DNA of 63,196 nucleotides from Octopus bimaculoides (Eukaryota): NCBI RefSeq assembly GCF_001194135.2, contig NC_068993.1, positions 2,745,543 to 2,808,738 of the forward strand, read 5' to 3'. Shown piece by piece: positions 51,642 to 63,196 of this stretch (position 1 is its first letter; each line of letters starts with the position of its first letter). The notes under the pieces were generated by a model. It saw only the letters and a program-made list of their open reading frames with translations, ran no database searches and was not told where the DNA came from. The position numbers and the translations under genes were made by a program.

Positions 51642-52990
51642 TTACTCAAAGTTGCATCTCTCAGTTTCCAGCATGGCTTCAAGATGGCTACCCTCGGAAA
51701 ATTGTGCATTCATTCTTCACTGTGTCTTTGGGAAGATCTTCAAACGCCTCCTCTATCTGTGCCATCAGCTTAGCCTTCGTGTTGCAGGTTGGTGTCTTTT
51801 GCATCTGCTCCCTACTCATAGTCATTCATGGGATTACATTTGAAGAGAATTAGGGGTCAGAAATTTTAAGCTGTTGAAGTTGTAGTGATTCTCTGATATG
51901 ATTCTTTTCAAAAGTATGCCAAGGAGCTGAATCCTGCTACCACACATATGGCCTCTTCAGCAGCAACCCTCTTCAACTAAATATTCACCACAACATCACG
52001 TAGTTGTTAACTGAGCCAAGAGCTCTGTTCAAAGATGTGGGTTGGAATGATATCACCCTCACTGGAGACATATCCAAAGACCATCTGAGTTTGGGAAAAA
52101 TTGTTTTTCTTGATGTCCATGTTATACCATTTCTTGATGTCCATGTTATACCATTTCTTGATGTCCTTGTTATACCATTTCTTGATGTCCATGTTATACC
52201 ATTTCTTGATGTCCTTGTTATACCATTTCTTGATGTCCTTGTTATACCATTTCTTGATGTCCTTGTTATACCATTTCTTGATGTCCATGTTATACCATNN
52301 NNNNNNNNNNNNNNNNNNNNNNNNNNNNNNNNNNNNNNNNNNNNNNNNNNNNNNNNNNNNNNNNNNNNNNNNNNNNNNNNNNNNNNNNNNNNNNNNNNNN
52401 NNNNNNNNNNNNNNNNNNNNNNNNNNNNNNNNNNNNNNNNNNNNNNNNNNNNNNNNNNNNNNNNNNNNNNNNNNNNNNNNNNNNNNNNNNNNNNNNNNNN
52501 NNNNNNNNNNNNNNNNNNNNNNNNNNNNNNNNNNNNNNNNNNNNNNNNNNNNNNNNNNNNNNNNNNNNNNNNNNNNNNNNNNNNNNNNNNNNNNNNNNNN
52601 NNNNNNNNNNNNNNNNNNNNTTTTCTTGATGTCCATGTTATACCATTTCTTGATGTCCATGTTATACCATTTCTTGATGTCCTTGTTATACCATTTCTTG
52701 ATGTCCATGTTATACCATTTCTTGATGTCCTTGTTATACCATTTCTTGATGTCCTTGTTATACCATTTCTTGATGTCCATGTTATACCATTTCTTGATGT
52801 CCATATTATACTATTTCTTGATGTCCATGTTATACCTCATAACTTTTACAGTGTTCAGAAGCTTAATATCCGGCCTGCATCATCATGATGCAGGTAACTT
52901 TTTTTTCCAGTATTCAGATTGTTCCTAGTCTGCCATGCTGGCCAAATTTTTCTCAAATACATTTGTAATCATTATGCTCTCCAACACCGT
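51642..52990 (-). mobile_element. Tc1/mariner (maT-like) transposase pseudogene interrupted by a 24-bp minisatellite
   Basis: MVFGYVSSEGDIIPTHIFEQ; RVAA..RPYVW*QDSAP; CNPM; NTKAKLMAQIEEAFEDLPKDTVKNEC..LEAMLETERCNFE*; EKNF-like remnant near 52950. Confidence 0.85.
52107..52836. repeat. 24-bp minisatellite TTCTTGATGTCC(A/T)TGTTATACCAT
   Basis: 8 units before and 9 units after a 322-N gap; two variants differing at one position. Confidence 0.98.
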
Positions 52991-53255
52991 TCACTGTTTG
53001 CCAATGCCCCAAGCTGTTCTTGACAAAAAAAGGGAAACATAAAAAAATTATCAAATGTAACCCAAACAGCCTATATATAGGACAACCACGATAATGAAGT
53101 ATCAATTGTCATTCACTGTCACTCCGTTAAACAATCCCACCATGCCCACCCCCACCACCATCACACAATAACTGAACTGAACCCTTTTTCATAGTCTATT
53201 AGTTTTCAGAAGTGAATTAAATCTGCCGTGTTTGGACCCTTCAATAATCCCTTAC

Positions 53256-53290
53256 GTAGTAGCAAACAATATCCAATTGTACGAGTTCAT
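53256..53290 (-). CDS. Candidate exon 2 (35 nt, phase 1 to 0): (D)ELVQLDIVCYY
   Basis: Acceptor ctgtccctttgtttgttag| and donor TAC|gtaagg, both good matches to consensus; open frame. Confidence 0.45.
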
Positions 53291-53705
53291 CTAACAAACA
53301 AAGGGACAGTCAGACAGAACAAAATAAATAAAGACAACTTGACACAATCACCAATGTTGAACTAACGACCCATATCAATAACCTATATATATTGAATCGA
53401 GTTTGCTTCCTATCCGTGATTTCATTTCGTTTTTTTCTTTTTCTTTTCACTTGCAATATTATTATCTTCTCAAAATAATTTCATAGAAACTGCTGGAGAA
53501 CTTCTTTTTTTTTCCTTTTCGAGAAAAAGAATAAAGTAATTAAATAATAAGAAACAACAACAACAACAATAGTAATTATAAGAAGACAAAGAACAACAAG
53601 AACAGCAAGCAAGAACAAACACTAGTACTTCAAAAGAAATTGTTTTCAATCTTGTATGAATTGAAATATATATATATATATCATATATATTTGTGTGTGT
53701 GTATG

Positions 53706-53745
<40 letters not shown>

Positions 53746-53973
53746 TGTGTGAATGTGTGTGTGTGTGTGTGAATGTGTGTGTGTGAGTGTGTGTATGTGT
53801 GTGTGTGTGTGTGCGTGCGTGCATTATGTATATGTGTGTGGCAGGGTATATAGATATATAGGTGTATATATGCTTGCATATATATGTCGATAGATATGTA
53901 TCAACATATATCTACACATACAGATATGCATACAGATATGCATATGCCTACACACACACTCATATATATATAT

Positions 53974-54028
<55 letters not shown>

Positions 54029-54486
54029 TATAGATATATGCATACACACACATTCATATGATGTATACAGACAAATAAATATAGAGACACACAAATATTA
54101 ACACACGCAAAGCATTAAATAAGAAAAGCTAAAAGCAAAGGATATAATGAGAATATAAAGAAAAAAAGATGAAAAAAATTGAAAGAAATGAAATTTGATA
54201 TTTTCCAATAAGTTTGTATCATTTTTATTAGTGTGAATTCCTGTGGGAAAGATNNNNNNNNNNNNNNNNNNNNNNNNNNNNNNNNNNNNNNNNNNNNNNN
54301 NNNNNNNNNNNNNNNNNNNNNNNNNNNNNNNNNNNNNNNNNNNNNNNNNNNNNNNNNNNNNNNNNNNNNNNNNNNNNNTCCCTGTAGTAGATAAAATTAG
54401 GTATATATGAACTGCGGAAATTTTAAATATTTCCATACGAGTATGTGAATCAGAACATGTGTGTATGTGTGTCTGTGTGTGTATTT

Positions 54487-54535
<49 letters not shown>

Positions 54536-55040
54536 ATACATATATACATATATATTTATTCATGTATATGTACATTTATTTGTTATATACAGAAGAAACT
54601 GCATTAGATTAAAATAGCCATCTATGTATCATACATAATGTAAACATATCGCAAGAAAACAAATTCAATGTGGTATTCATTCGAAAATAGTATTTCTTCT
54701 GGAGGTGCTGTGTTTAAAAAAACGTGTTATATCTTTTTAGACACATGTAAATACATGTAGCTATTCTCTTCACACACAGAAATATAAAGGAACTTGCCTT
54801 GACACATTGCACACTTTACTGAGAGCTCATCAGGGGAAAACTACTATTGTTCCTCTACTGGAGTATGTGTGTATCACAATGTGTTGCCCCCTCATCTGGC
54901 ACAGCAACATGAATTGGGGATTTTGGCTGGGTTCATGACAAAAGTTTTGGAAGAGGGTGAGAAGGGAGAGACTAACGGACATGTAATTTGGGAAACGGGT
55001 AATAAGGGGCAGAAAGGAACATGAGGAAATAAACATAGAG

Positions 55041-55115
55041 AGAATAAAACAAAAAAGCTTGTGGATTTACCAAAAAAAAAAACAGGGAATAAAACAAAAA
55101 AAGCTTGTGGATTTA
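55041..55115. repeat. Short direct duplication gaataaaacaaaaaa(a)gcttgtggattta
   Basis: Two copies ~46 bp apart. Confidence 0.9.
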
Positions 55116-55344
55116 TCAGTCAACACCACTAAAGTGAACAAGGGCACTAATCAGTGCCAGTGTTGGTAGAAATAAGAGTCAAAACAACTCAATAGCCACA
55201 AAAGCACTATCTTAATGAGCTGAGAAGGGAGACAATCTCCCTATGGTCGCAGATAAGGCCAGGTCACTGATGATATCACCCTATTTCTGCTGTTAGGTTG
55301 TAAAATTGTCAATTAGCCAACCATATTATGTATATTTATACATG

Positions 55345-55381
<37 letters not shown>

Positions 55382-55613
55382 NNNNNNNNNNNNNNNNNNN
55401 NNNNNNNNNNNNNNNNNNNNNNNNNNNNNNNNNNNNNNNNNNNNNNNNNNNNNNNNNNNNNNNNNNNNNNNNNNNNNNNNNNNNNNNNNNNNNNNNNNNN
55501 NNNNNNNNNNNNNNNNNNNNNNNNNNNNNNNNNNNNNNNNNNNNNNNNNNNNNNNNNNNNNNNNNNNNNNNNNNNNNNNNNNNNNNNNNNNNNNNNNNNN
55601 NNNNNNNNNNNNN

Positions 55614-55644
<31 letters not shown>

Positions 55645-56081
55645 TGTTCATATATATATATATATACGTATACATGTGTCTGCTCACTTCAATACACATA
55701 CAAACAGACGCAGAGGCAAGAACACAGAAGCATACATTTTAGAAAAGAATGCAGCTGTGTTGTGTATTTTACTGAAGCTATTTGAATAAAAAATGAAGCT
55801 CTACATAAGAGATGTTCTCCTTTAAAAATACATATTCCAAGATAAGCATTTTTATAAACGGCAATGGTGGGCACTGCTGACAGAGTTTCTAGTTTCTTAG
55901 TACTTTTGTCTTTGATGGATGGTGTTCTGGGATAAATTAAAGTATGAATAATATAAATCACGTATCTATAGATTTACGTGCAGATGCATACATATATAAT
56001 ACAGACCTATACATACACGTATACAGAGATATATATACATATATGAATGTATGTAAGTGTGTATATTATGTGTTATCTAAA

Positions 56082-56225
56082 CGCAGGCAAGGTTGTGTTG
56101 TTAGAAGGCTGACTTTGTGACAACAAGCTTCTGGGTTTAGTTCTATGGTGTAGCACTTTGGAAGAGTGTCTTCTTTGATAGCCCCTAACTGAACAATGCT
56201 TTGTGAATGAATGTCATTGATAGAA
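56082..56225 (+). mobile_element. SINE family B head, decayed
   Basis: ctgggtttagttcta..cactttggaagagtgtcttct. Confidence 0.6.
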
Positions 56226-56827
56226 ACACACACACACAACACACACCAAACACATTTACATATAAGTATATGTATATATATTTACGTACATATGGATATA
56301 TATATATATATACTTATACATATGTTGTTGTGTTTGGAGGGAGTCATTCATTTTAGTGCTTTATTATTTAACACACGCACTGGTTAAGTTTCCACTCATT
56401 TACTTATTAATTTTTCCTAACCTTCTTTCAGAGACATTTCTTTTGAAATAATAAACATCACATTATTATTTATAGAACGTTTATAAATGTTTATTATTTA
56501 ACAACTTTTAACATCGCTTAATATTTATTTGAAATAATCTGGAATCAAGAATGCCAGAAAATTGATGATGCAGTGGTAAGAAGTTTTAAAAAGAGCTGAG
56601 CAGCAGATCTTCAGAGAAGAAACCTTCCTCAGACAGCAAATGCTTCGGACCTTAACTTCTTACACTCTAAGGGGGGCTGGGCTGCATCGAAATCCTGATT
56701 CCTGAGTGTCCTTCTGCTGACAATTTTTTTGCCTCTGGAATATCGCAGACTTGTCCATTTAAACCACCAAATAATTTTCTACACTGAGTGAAAAAATTAC
56801 TTGACTTTGTTGTTCAGTTCTCCATAC

Positions 56828-56868
<41 letters not shown>

Positions 56869-56899
56869 ATCATCTGAGTCAAGTGTTTGAGCAAATTCT

Positions 56900-57090
56900 T
56901 TGCTTCTTTTCTTCTTTTTAGTAATAACCCTTCCGCATCATACGCCCTGACAGCTCTACCTCTTGAGTATTCTACGACATGGTCGCAGGTTTTGGAATCG
57001 TGGGCAGAATGCCAACACTAAATAGTTTTTAGTCTTCCCACTACATGACCAAAGCAGTTCAGTTTCTTTCTTGATATTAGTTGCTAATGA
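56900..57090 (-). mobile_element. Possible old RTE ORF2 C-terminal relic
   Basis: ISRKKLNCFGHVVGRLKTI ... VEYSRGR resembles the RLxWFGHV..VEGxRxRGR motif. Confidence 0.4.
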
Positions 57091-57409
57091 TGCATATCAT
57101 ATAACAAACCATGACATATATGTTCTTCATTTTAAATAAAGACCAAACCATTTGAAACGTTGTGTTTACAAAGAAAACATGAAGTTCAGACAGTTATTTT
57201 TTTTTCACTATTTCCATTATGACTAATTCTAACAAATCTCATATATCAAAGAATACAAGATTTAATACGTTTACTTACTTTTTAGTGAATATTTTGAAAG
57301 CAATGTGAAATCATCATTTACAAATATAACGAAGATACACATCTGTATTTATTTAATGCTTTATATGTGTGTTTGTGTGCGTGTGTAATGGGTATGTGAG
57401 TGTGTGTAT

Positions 57410-57445
<36 letters not shown>

Positions 57446-57479
57446 CTTCAGTAGTTTGTTTTAAATAAACTTTGAATTT

Positions 57480-58100
57480 AAAACGTTTGAGGGAAGAACG
57501 TCATGTTTAAAGTAGAGATATTCCAAGTCTTGATATACTTTCCACAATCAATAATCCAATTCTTTGGAGAGCACATTTCGATCTAGATGAAATTCTTAAT
57601 CTCAGTCAAGCTAAATATTCGATAAATAACTTGCAGCACATTATATATTAGCAAGTTCTATAAATAAAGATTTTTCTGCCCCACCATTTCTTCTCCCCTG
57701 GATGAAAATGAAGACCATACGCAGGTGATTTCAGCAAAGGTTTACATAACACACAAATACCAGAGGAACAAAATTCTGACTTCAGAAGAGAGTTCAGATG
57801 TTAGTCTTCAAAGCTAAAGACCACTTGATATGCTGATAATATCTAACGTATTGAAGAGATTCAAACTTCTTAATACCACCGAGACATTAAGTGGAAGCTA
57901 GCAAACCGACCACCGTTTTATTTGGTCAGTTAAAAGAGGTTTTTCCTTCTAATCCGAAGATAGTGAAATGTAATAATATTCTTGTGGGAATTCTGGTGTG
58001 ATATCCTCTGAGTGCTATCTGCAAAGATGCTTCAGTTTAGTGGGATTAAATATGTCAGAGCTTTTAATTTCTTCCAAGACATGATAACACAATATCACGA
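57480..58100 (-). mobile_element. Penelope-like RT relic
   Basis: EIKSSDIFNPTK..EDYHRIPHKNII (with frameshift); TLDIISISS; GGAEKSLFIEL, resembling the LDIxxFYPSI and DGAExCEL motifs. Confidence 0.55.
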
Positions 58101-58431
58101 TATTTTCTTTATGTGAAATGGGGAATATATTCATTGATTACACTTGCTCGATGTTATATGGAGTATACGTATGTGTATACCTGTCTACGTGTGTGAATAT
58201 GTTTTTGTGTATGCATGTTTGTATATGGGGATGTAGATACATGTATGATTATGTGTGTGTGTACACACACACACACACACACACACACATATGTATTTAT
58301 TTATATATAGTTATATATATAAATCTGTGTGTGTGTGTGNNNNNNNNNNNNNNNNNNNNNNNNNNNNNNNNNNNNNNNNNNNNNNNNNNNNNNNNNNNNN
58401 NNNNNNNNNNNNNNNNNNNNNNNNNNNNNNN

Positions 58432-58484
<53 letters not shown>

Positions 58485-59396
58485 TGTGTGTGTGTGTATC
58501 TGTTCTGCAGTTAATCAATGATATTAAGCACCCAATTTTTATACCGTGTTCAATACATTACATTAACTGAAGGCCTTTCTAATGTATGAACACACACACA
58601 TGCACGCGCGCGCACACGCACACTCACACCCACACCCACACGCACACAGACATGTGCACGCACACGTATGTATGTATCTATGTATGGATGTATGTATTTC
58701 AGTGATGTCAGCTTATTTAAAATTTGAGGTGATGGCTGGTAATGCGACTTAAATATATGAATTACTGCATTATTCTAAACTTTACTTTAGGGACCTCTGA
58801 CATCCCTCCTACATTTCCCATAGCCATCCAACTTTGGGTTTGGCACCAAGCCAACCCTCTCTACACTACACCAACAAAACACCACTATTCGTTTTTACCA
58901 CTATTTTTCTTGATCGTTAACCACCCCTATTCTAGGACCATCTCAAGCAGTTCTTAATAGTAGATTCAAATATTCAAGCTAGATTGCTGGGCTTTATCTT
59001 ACACCTTGAATGAACCACCATTGGTTGTACTTTATGGATGCCAATCAAGAATGTATGATAAACACTAGACTCCACAAATATATCGAGTTGTTTTTCAAAT
59101 CCCAGAACAGTCAATTTCCCTCAAATAACCACTCATACCCTAAACGCTTGATTGAATGGTCCTAAGAATACATTACGATCCACCCAATTATTATCCTTGT
59201 ATTTTTTCATATTAGGGATTACATACTCCAATCTGTCCTTCATATATTATGAGTGTATGCATCGTGATTTGAGGGAGATTGTCTGTTCTAGCATTTGGAT
59301 CAACCACACGACACATGCCAACAGCAAAAACATATATGTACGTGTTTACTGTACTGATACACATATCTATCTATCTATCTGTCTGTCTGTCTATAA

Positions 59397-59431
<35 letters not shown>

Positions 59432-59735
59432 NNNNNNNNNNNNNNNNNNNNNNNNNNNNNNNNNNNNNNNNNNNNNNNNNNNNNNNNNNNNNNNNNNNNN
59501 NNNNNNNNNNNNNNNNNNNNNNNNNNNNNNNNNNNNNNNNNNNNNNNNNNNNNNNNNNNNNNNNNNNNNNNNNNNNNNNNNNNNNNNNNNNNNNNNNNNN
59601 NNNNNNNNNNNNNNNNNNNNNNNNNNNNNNNNNNNNNNNNNNNNNNNNNNNNNNNNNNNNNNNNNNNNNNNNNNNNNNNNNNNNNNNNNNNNNNNNNNNN
59701 NNNNNNNNNNNNNNNNNNNNNNNNNNNNNNNNNNN

Positions 59736-59777
<42 letters not shown>

Positions 59778-60000
59778 CACTTCATGCAGATAAAATAGTA
59801 AGGGTTTTATTGGTTTATTTTATATCCTTTTTACATGAAGCATGTCGAGTTTGAGACAAGCAAATAAATAACAATTTTCAGTTTCTCTTTCCCTGCCAAA
59901 TATGCGATTTTTTGCTGCTTTAGTTATATTTTTTTATATATATAAATCTTTAATGAGGGAAACGGATAAAAAGTAACTATGATGGACGATTCTCTGTGAC

Positions 60001-60100
60001 CTGTAGGTTTAGAATCCACTTTGAAATTGGCACTGTATTCGTACAATTCCAACCCTTCTGAAAGTGTTAGCAGCAAATAAAAATTCATGAAGATAAACAT
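60001..60100 (-). CDS. Candidate exon 1 (signal peptide) of putative Cys-rich single-pass membrane protein
   Basis: ATG at 60100 gives MFIFMNFYLLLTLSEG-LELYEYSANFKVDSKPT (hydrophobic core, S-x-G cleavage-like site) inside a frame open from 60238. Ends phase 1 at CAG|gtcaca, a weak donor. Confidence 0.3.
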
Positions 60101-61268
60101 TTGGCTCAATATCTGCAACTGTTTGAATTCAATATGTTTTCTGTTTTTCAACACGGCCGCTTCATCACTTAGACTTCGTTGACACTGCTCTGCCAACAAC
60201 CCAACTACACCGTCGCTTCTCTCCCAATAACACTTCATCCATCATTTCTCTGTCTTTCTTCTTACAAAAGCTAGCACAACAATCCATTATCTATTTTATT
60301 TTTTCCCCTTTTCCCAATATATAATGCCGGCTTCTCTATATTCTATAATCTGTATTTACAGTAAAATTCGCTCACATCATCATCCACTACACCATTCTAG
60401 TTCCATACCCAATACACACACATTCTCTCTCTCTCTCTATCATCCATACGCAAACACTTACCAATTCTCTAGCTTTATCCTCGTCTCCCATTTATTCTTC
60501 TATTCTTCAGCTCACCAAATACCTCTCTGATTTACGTCATCTTTGACATCCTTCTCGTCAACGGTACCATTGAAAAAAAGTCCATTTCGTATTCTTTAGA
60601 AACATTTTAATGCCATCCTACGCTAACAACACTCAACCAAATACATCTTCCACCTTAACTATCACACTTTCATTCTTTCTGTGCGTATATTTATTGACTA
60701 TATATATTATATATACATTCGTTTATGTGAAAATGTATGCCTCAATAAATCAGCAATAACATAGACTTATACATACTTACACCTCTCTGTGTGTGCATGT
60801 GTATGCGTAGATACACATAATATCCCACCCACAAATATATGTACGTATATGTGTGTTTTTGTGTGTGTATTCTGCGTGTTTCTATATCCGTACGCAAAGA
60901 TGTTCATAAACATATGCACGTATATACATGCATACATACATGTGTGGTTAAATGCATTTGTATGAGTGTGTATGTATGTATGTGTGTGTCTATGTATGGT
61001 GTATTTGACAGTAGTCCCAAATGGTAAGCAGTACTTGTTTCTTAGAAAGTCACTCCCAGCAGGGCGGCAATCGGCCAGCAATAATGCGTGATTCATGCAT
61101 CCGCTTCATCGGGAGTTGCAAAAGAAAAGGCTAAAAGAAATCTGAGAAAAAAAACTACCAAAAGAATCATAAAACGATCAACAGAAGTTTTACATCATAT
61201 TTATCTTTGAAACAAAAAGGGAAATGGTTATATGAAACGGTTGTTTGATAAAAGACATTTTTTTTTAC

Positions 61269-61351
61269 AGAAGTGGGGCACTGTGACAGTTAAAGGATGA
61301 CCATTAGAAGAAAGGCCAGTCACTCGACGAGTAACCTCAAGAGGAGTCACA
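61269..61351 (-). CDS. Candidate internal exon (83 nt, phase 2 to 1): VTPLEVTRRVTGLSSNGHPLTVTVPHF
   Basis: Strong acceptor ctacttttctatcacgtttttag| and donor CT|gtaaaa; only one frame open; phase compatible with the 53256-53290 exon. Confidence 0.3.
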
Positions 61352-61854
61352 CTAAAAACGTGATAGAAAAGTAGCCATCTAAGAAGCAGTGTACCGGCAA
61401 CGAAAGAAAGTTGAAGTTGCCAAAACAGGATCAATCATTTAAATATAATGTGCTTTTTCTCTGCTGGACACATATTACATTGCAGATTTGTCTGTCTGCA
61501 TATACCTCTGTATGTGCACTGTCCTTACGTGTGTATGCTAAAATACATTTTTCATAGATCTGTTAGGTTTCCAAATGTAAACCAAAGCAGATAACTGGTA
61601 CCTCGTTGTGAAACATCTATATTGTGTGTGCGTGCATGTGTGTGTGTGTGTGTGTGTGCGTGCGCGTGCGCGCGCGTTCATGTATGTATGTGTGTATAAA
61701 ACAGGGTAATTATTTTGGTGTTTTATGAGGAGCTAAGATGGAGTTGGATTTGCTGATCACGTGCGCTTTTTTTATTTTGATACACTCCATTAAATCTGGA
61801 ATGTATAGAGACGACGGCATAGTAATCCCATACAATCTAAAAGGTCACATTATA

Positions 61855-62128
61855 ATCAGACATGCTGGCATGGGTTGGACGGTTAAACTGGGGGCTGGGA
61901 AGTCAGGAGCCTGCACCAGGCTCCGTTTTAATCTGGCAGTGTTTCTACAGCTGGATGCCCTTCCTAACACCAACCACTCCGAGGGTGTAGTGGGTGCTTT
62001 TTACGTGCCACTTGCACAGAGGCTGTCAATGACCACGACCAGTTGGTGCTTTTTATGTGCCACCGGCACAGAAGGTAGTCAAGGCAGCGCTGGCATCAGC
62101 CACGTTCGGATGGCGCTTTTTACATGCT
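61855..62128 (-). mobile_element. RTE-type 3' UTR fragment (same family as 39958-40230)
   Basis: Shares catgctggcatgggttggacg and tttctacagctggatgcccttcctaac..caaccactc with the 39990-40140 region. Confidence 0.9.
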
Positions 62129-62693
62129 GTATGCATGCATGTATTCATGCATGTATGAATGAATATATGAATGTATGCATGTCTGTATTATCTTATGTGT
62201 ATTGAAATAGTTACATAATCACATCTACAATTCCATTCTCGAATCCCTCTTGCAATGTTCCCAAAAGCTCCCATTGCAGACCATACTAGTTCACAATTCC
62301 CATCATTCCCTTTTCCCTCTCACTATTTCCCTTCCTCCTTTCTCTGCATTTTCCCATTCCTACCACCTCCAGTCTCTTACATCCTTCCATCTCATTTACG
62401 TCTCCTACCTGCTCTTCTTCCTGCCCTACTCCATGGGACCATTCCATTTGCTTCCACTAACTACCATTATCTCTAGAACTGTCTATACCAGCAACTGTCT
62501 ATAAAACGGTATCAGCACCACATTTCGATACGACATACGGCAATTTCGCTGAGTCTTGCCTGCTTGCAGCATGTCCGTATGTGTATATGTGTGTGACTGC
62601 ATGTGTGTGTGTTTACAAGCTTCTGTGTTTGTGTGCATACGTATTTGAGTGTGACCACATGTGTCTGTCTGTGCATTAGCTTCAATGTGTGTA

Positions 62694-62744
<51 letters not shown>

Positions 62745-62945
62745 CGCTGTACATATTTAGAGTTGCATATATACATACACTTCTGATGTTATATACATAA
62801 GTATATATTGGTGAGTATAATTGTTGTTGGAGTGTTTGTAATTCTATCTATGCATGTGTTTCATGTTTCTACTTCTCCTCCTACTCCATTTCGTCGTCGT
62901 CTTCGCCATCATCCTCATCATCACAATCACCATCATCATCATCAG

Positions 62946-62988
<43 letters not shown>

Positions 62989-63076
62989 GTCATCATCATC
63001 GTCATCATCATTCTTGTATCTCCTCCGGTTTTCTGAAAGTGCATATGTGTGTGAACATACATGCATGTGTGCGTGC

Positions 63077-63111
<35 letters not shown>

Positions 63112-63163
63112 AGTGTGTTCAAGCAATTTATTTAGGCTAAGCATGTAGGAACGACCATACTGC

Positions 63164-63196
<33 letters not shown>

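Noticed and set aside
52107-52836. CRISPR-like array
   Set aside because: Contiguous tandem units with no unique spacers; eukaryotic context; no cas genes.
52004-52928. 265-294 aa repeat-protein ORFs
   Set aside because: Produced by the 24-bp minisatellite plus a gap inside a dead transposase.
58740-59330. DIRS-like RNase H remnant
   Set aside because: Motif matches need multiple frameshifts and are not convincing.

Overview
AT-rich, microsatellite-saturated eukaryotic (animal) DNA from a gapped draft assembly with many N-runs. The tRNA-derived SINE families and (TA)n/(CA)n/(AAT)n/(GAT)n load resemble a coleoid cephalopod (Octopus-like) genome; this is inference, not verified. Almost all ORFs in the supplied track are translations of microsatellites or gaps. 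Supportable content: about 20 SINE copies in three families, RTE LINE 3' pieces, an R4/Dong endonuclease fragment, six decayed Penelope-like (Naiad-type RT + GIY-YIG) relics, Tc1/mariner transposase relics and MITE-like hairpins, and hammerhead-ribozyme-like motifs, one at the tail of a tRNA-headed SINE. The most interesting candidate is a hand-assembled, phase-consistent 7-exon minus-strand gene model (46946-60100). It encodes a 157-aa protein with a signal peptide, a 10-Cys ectodomain ending CC-x3-C-x3-CN, one TM segment and a short tail with no kinase, reminiscent of type I BMP-receptor/BAMBI three-finger ectodomains. The model is unvalidated and two of its donors are weak. All coordinates were counted by hand and element boundaries are approximate.
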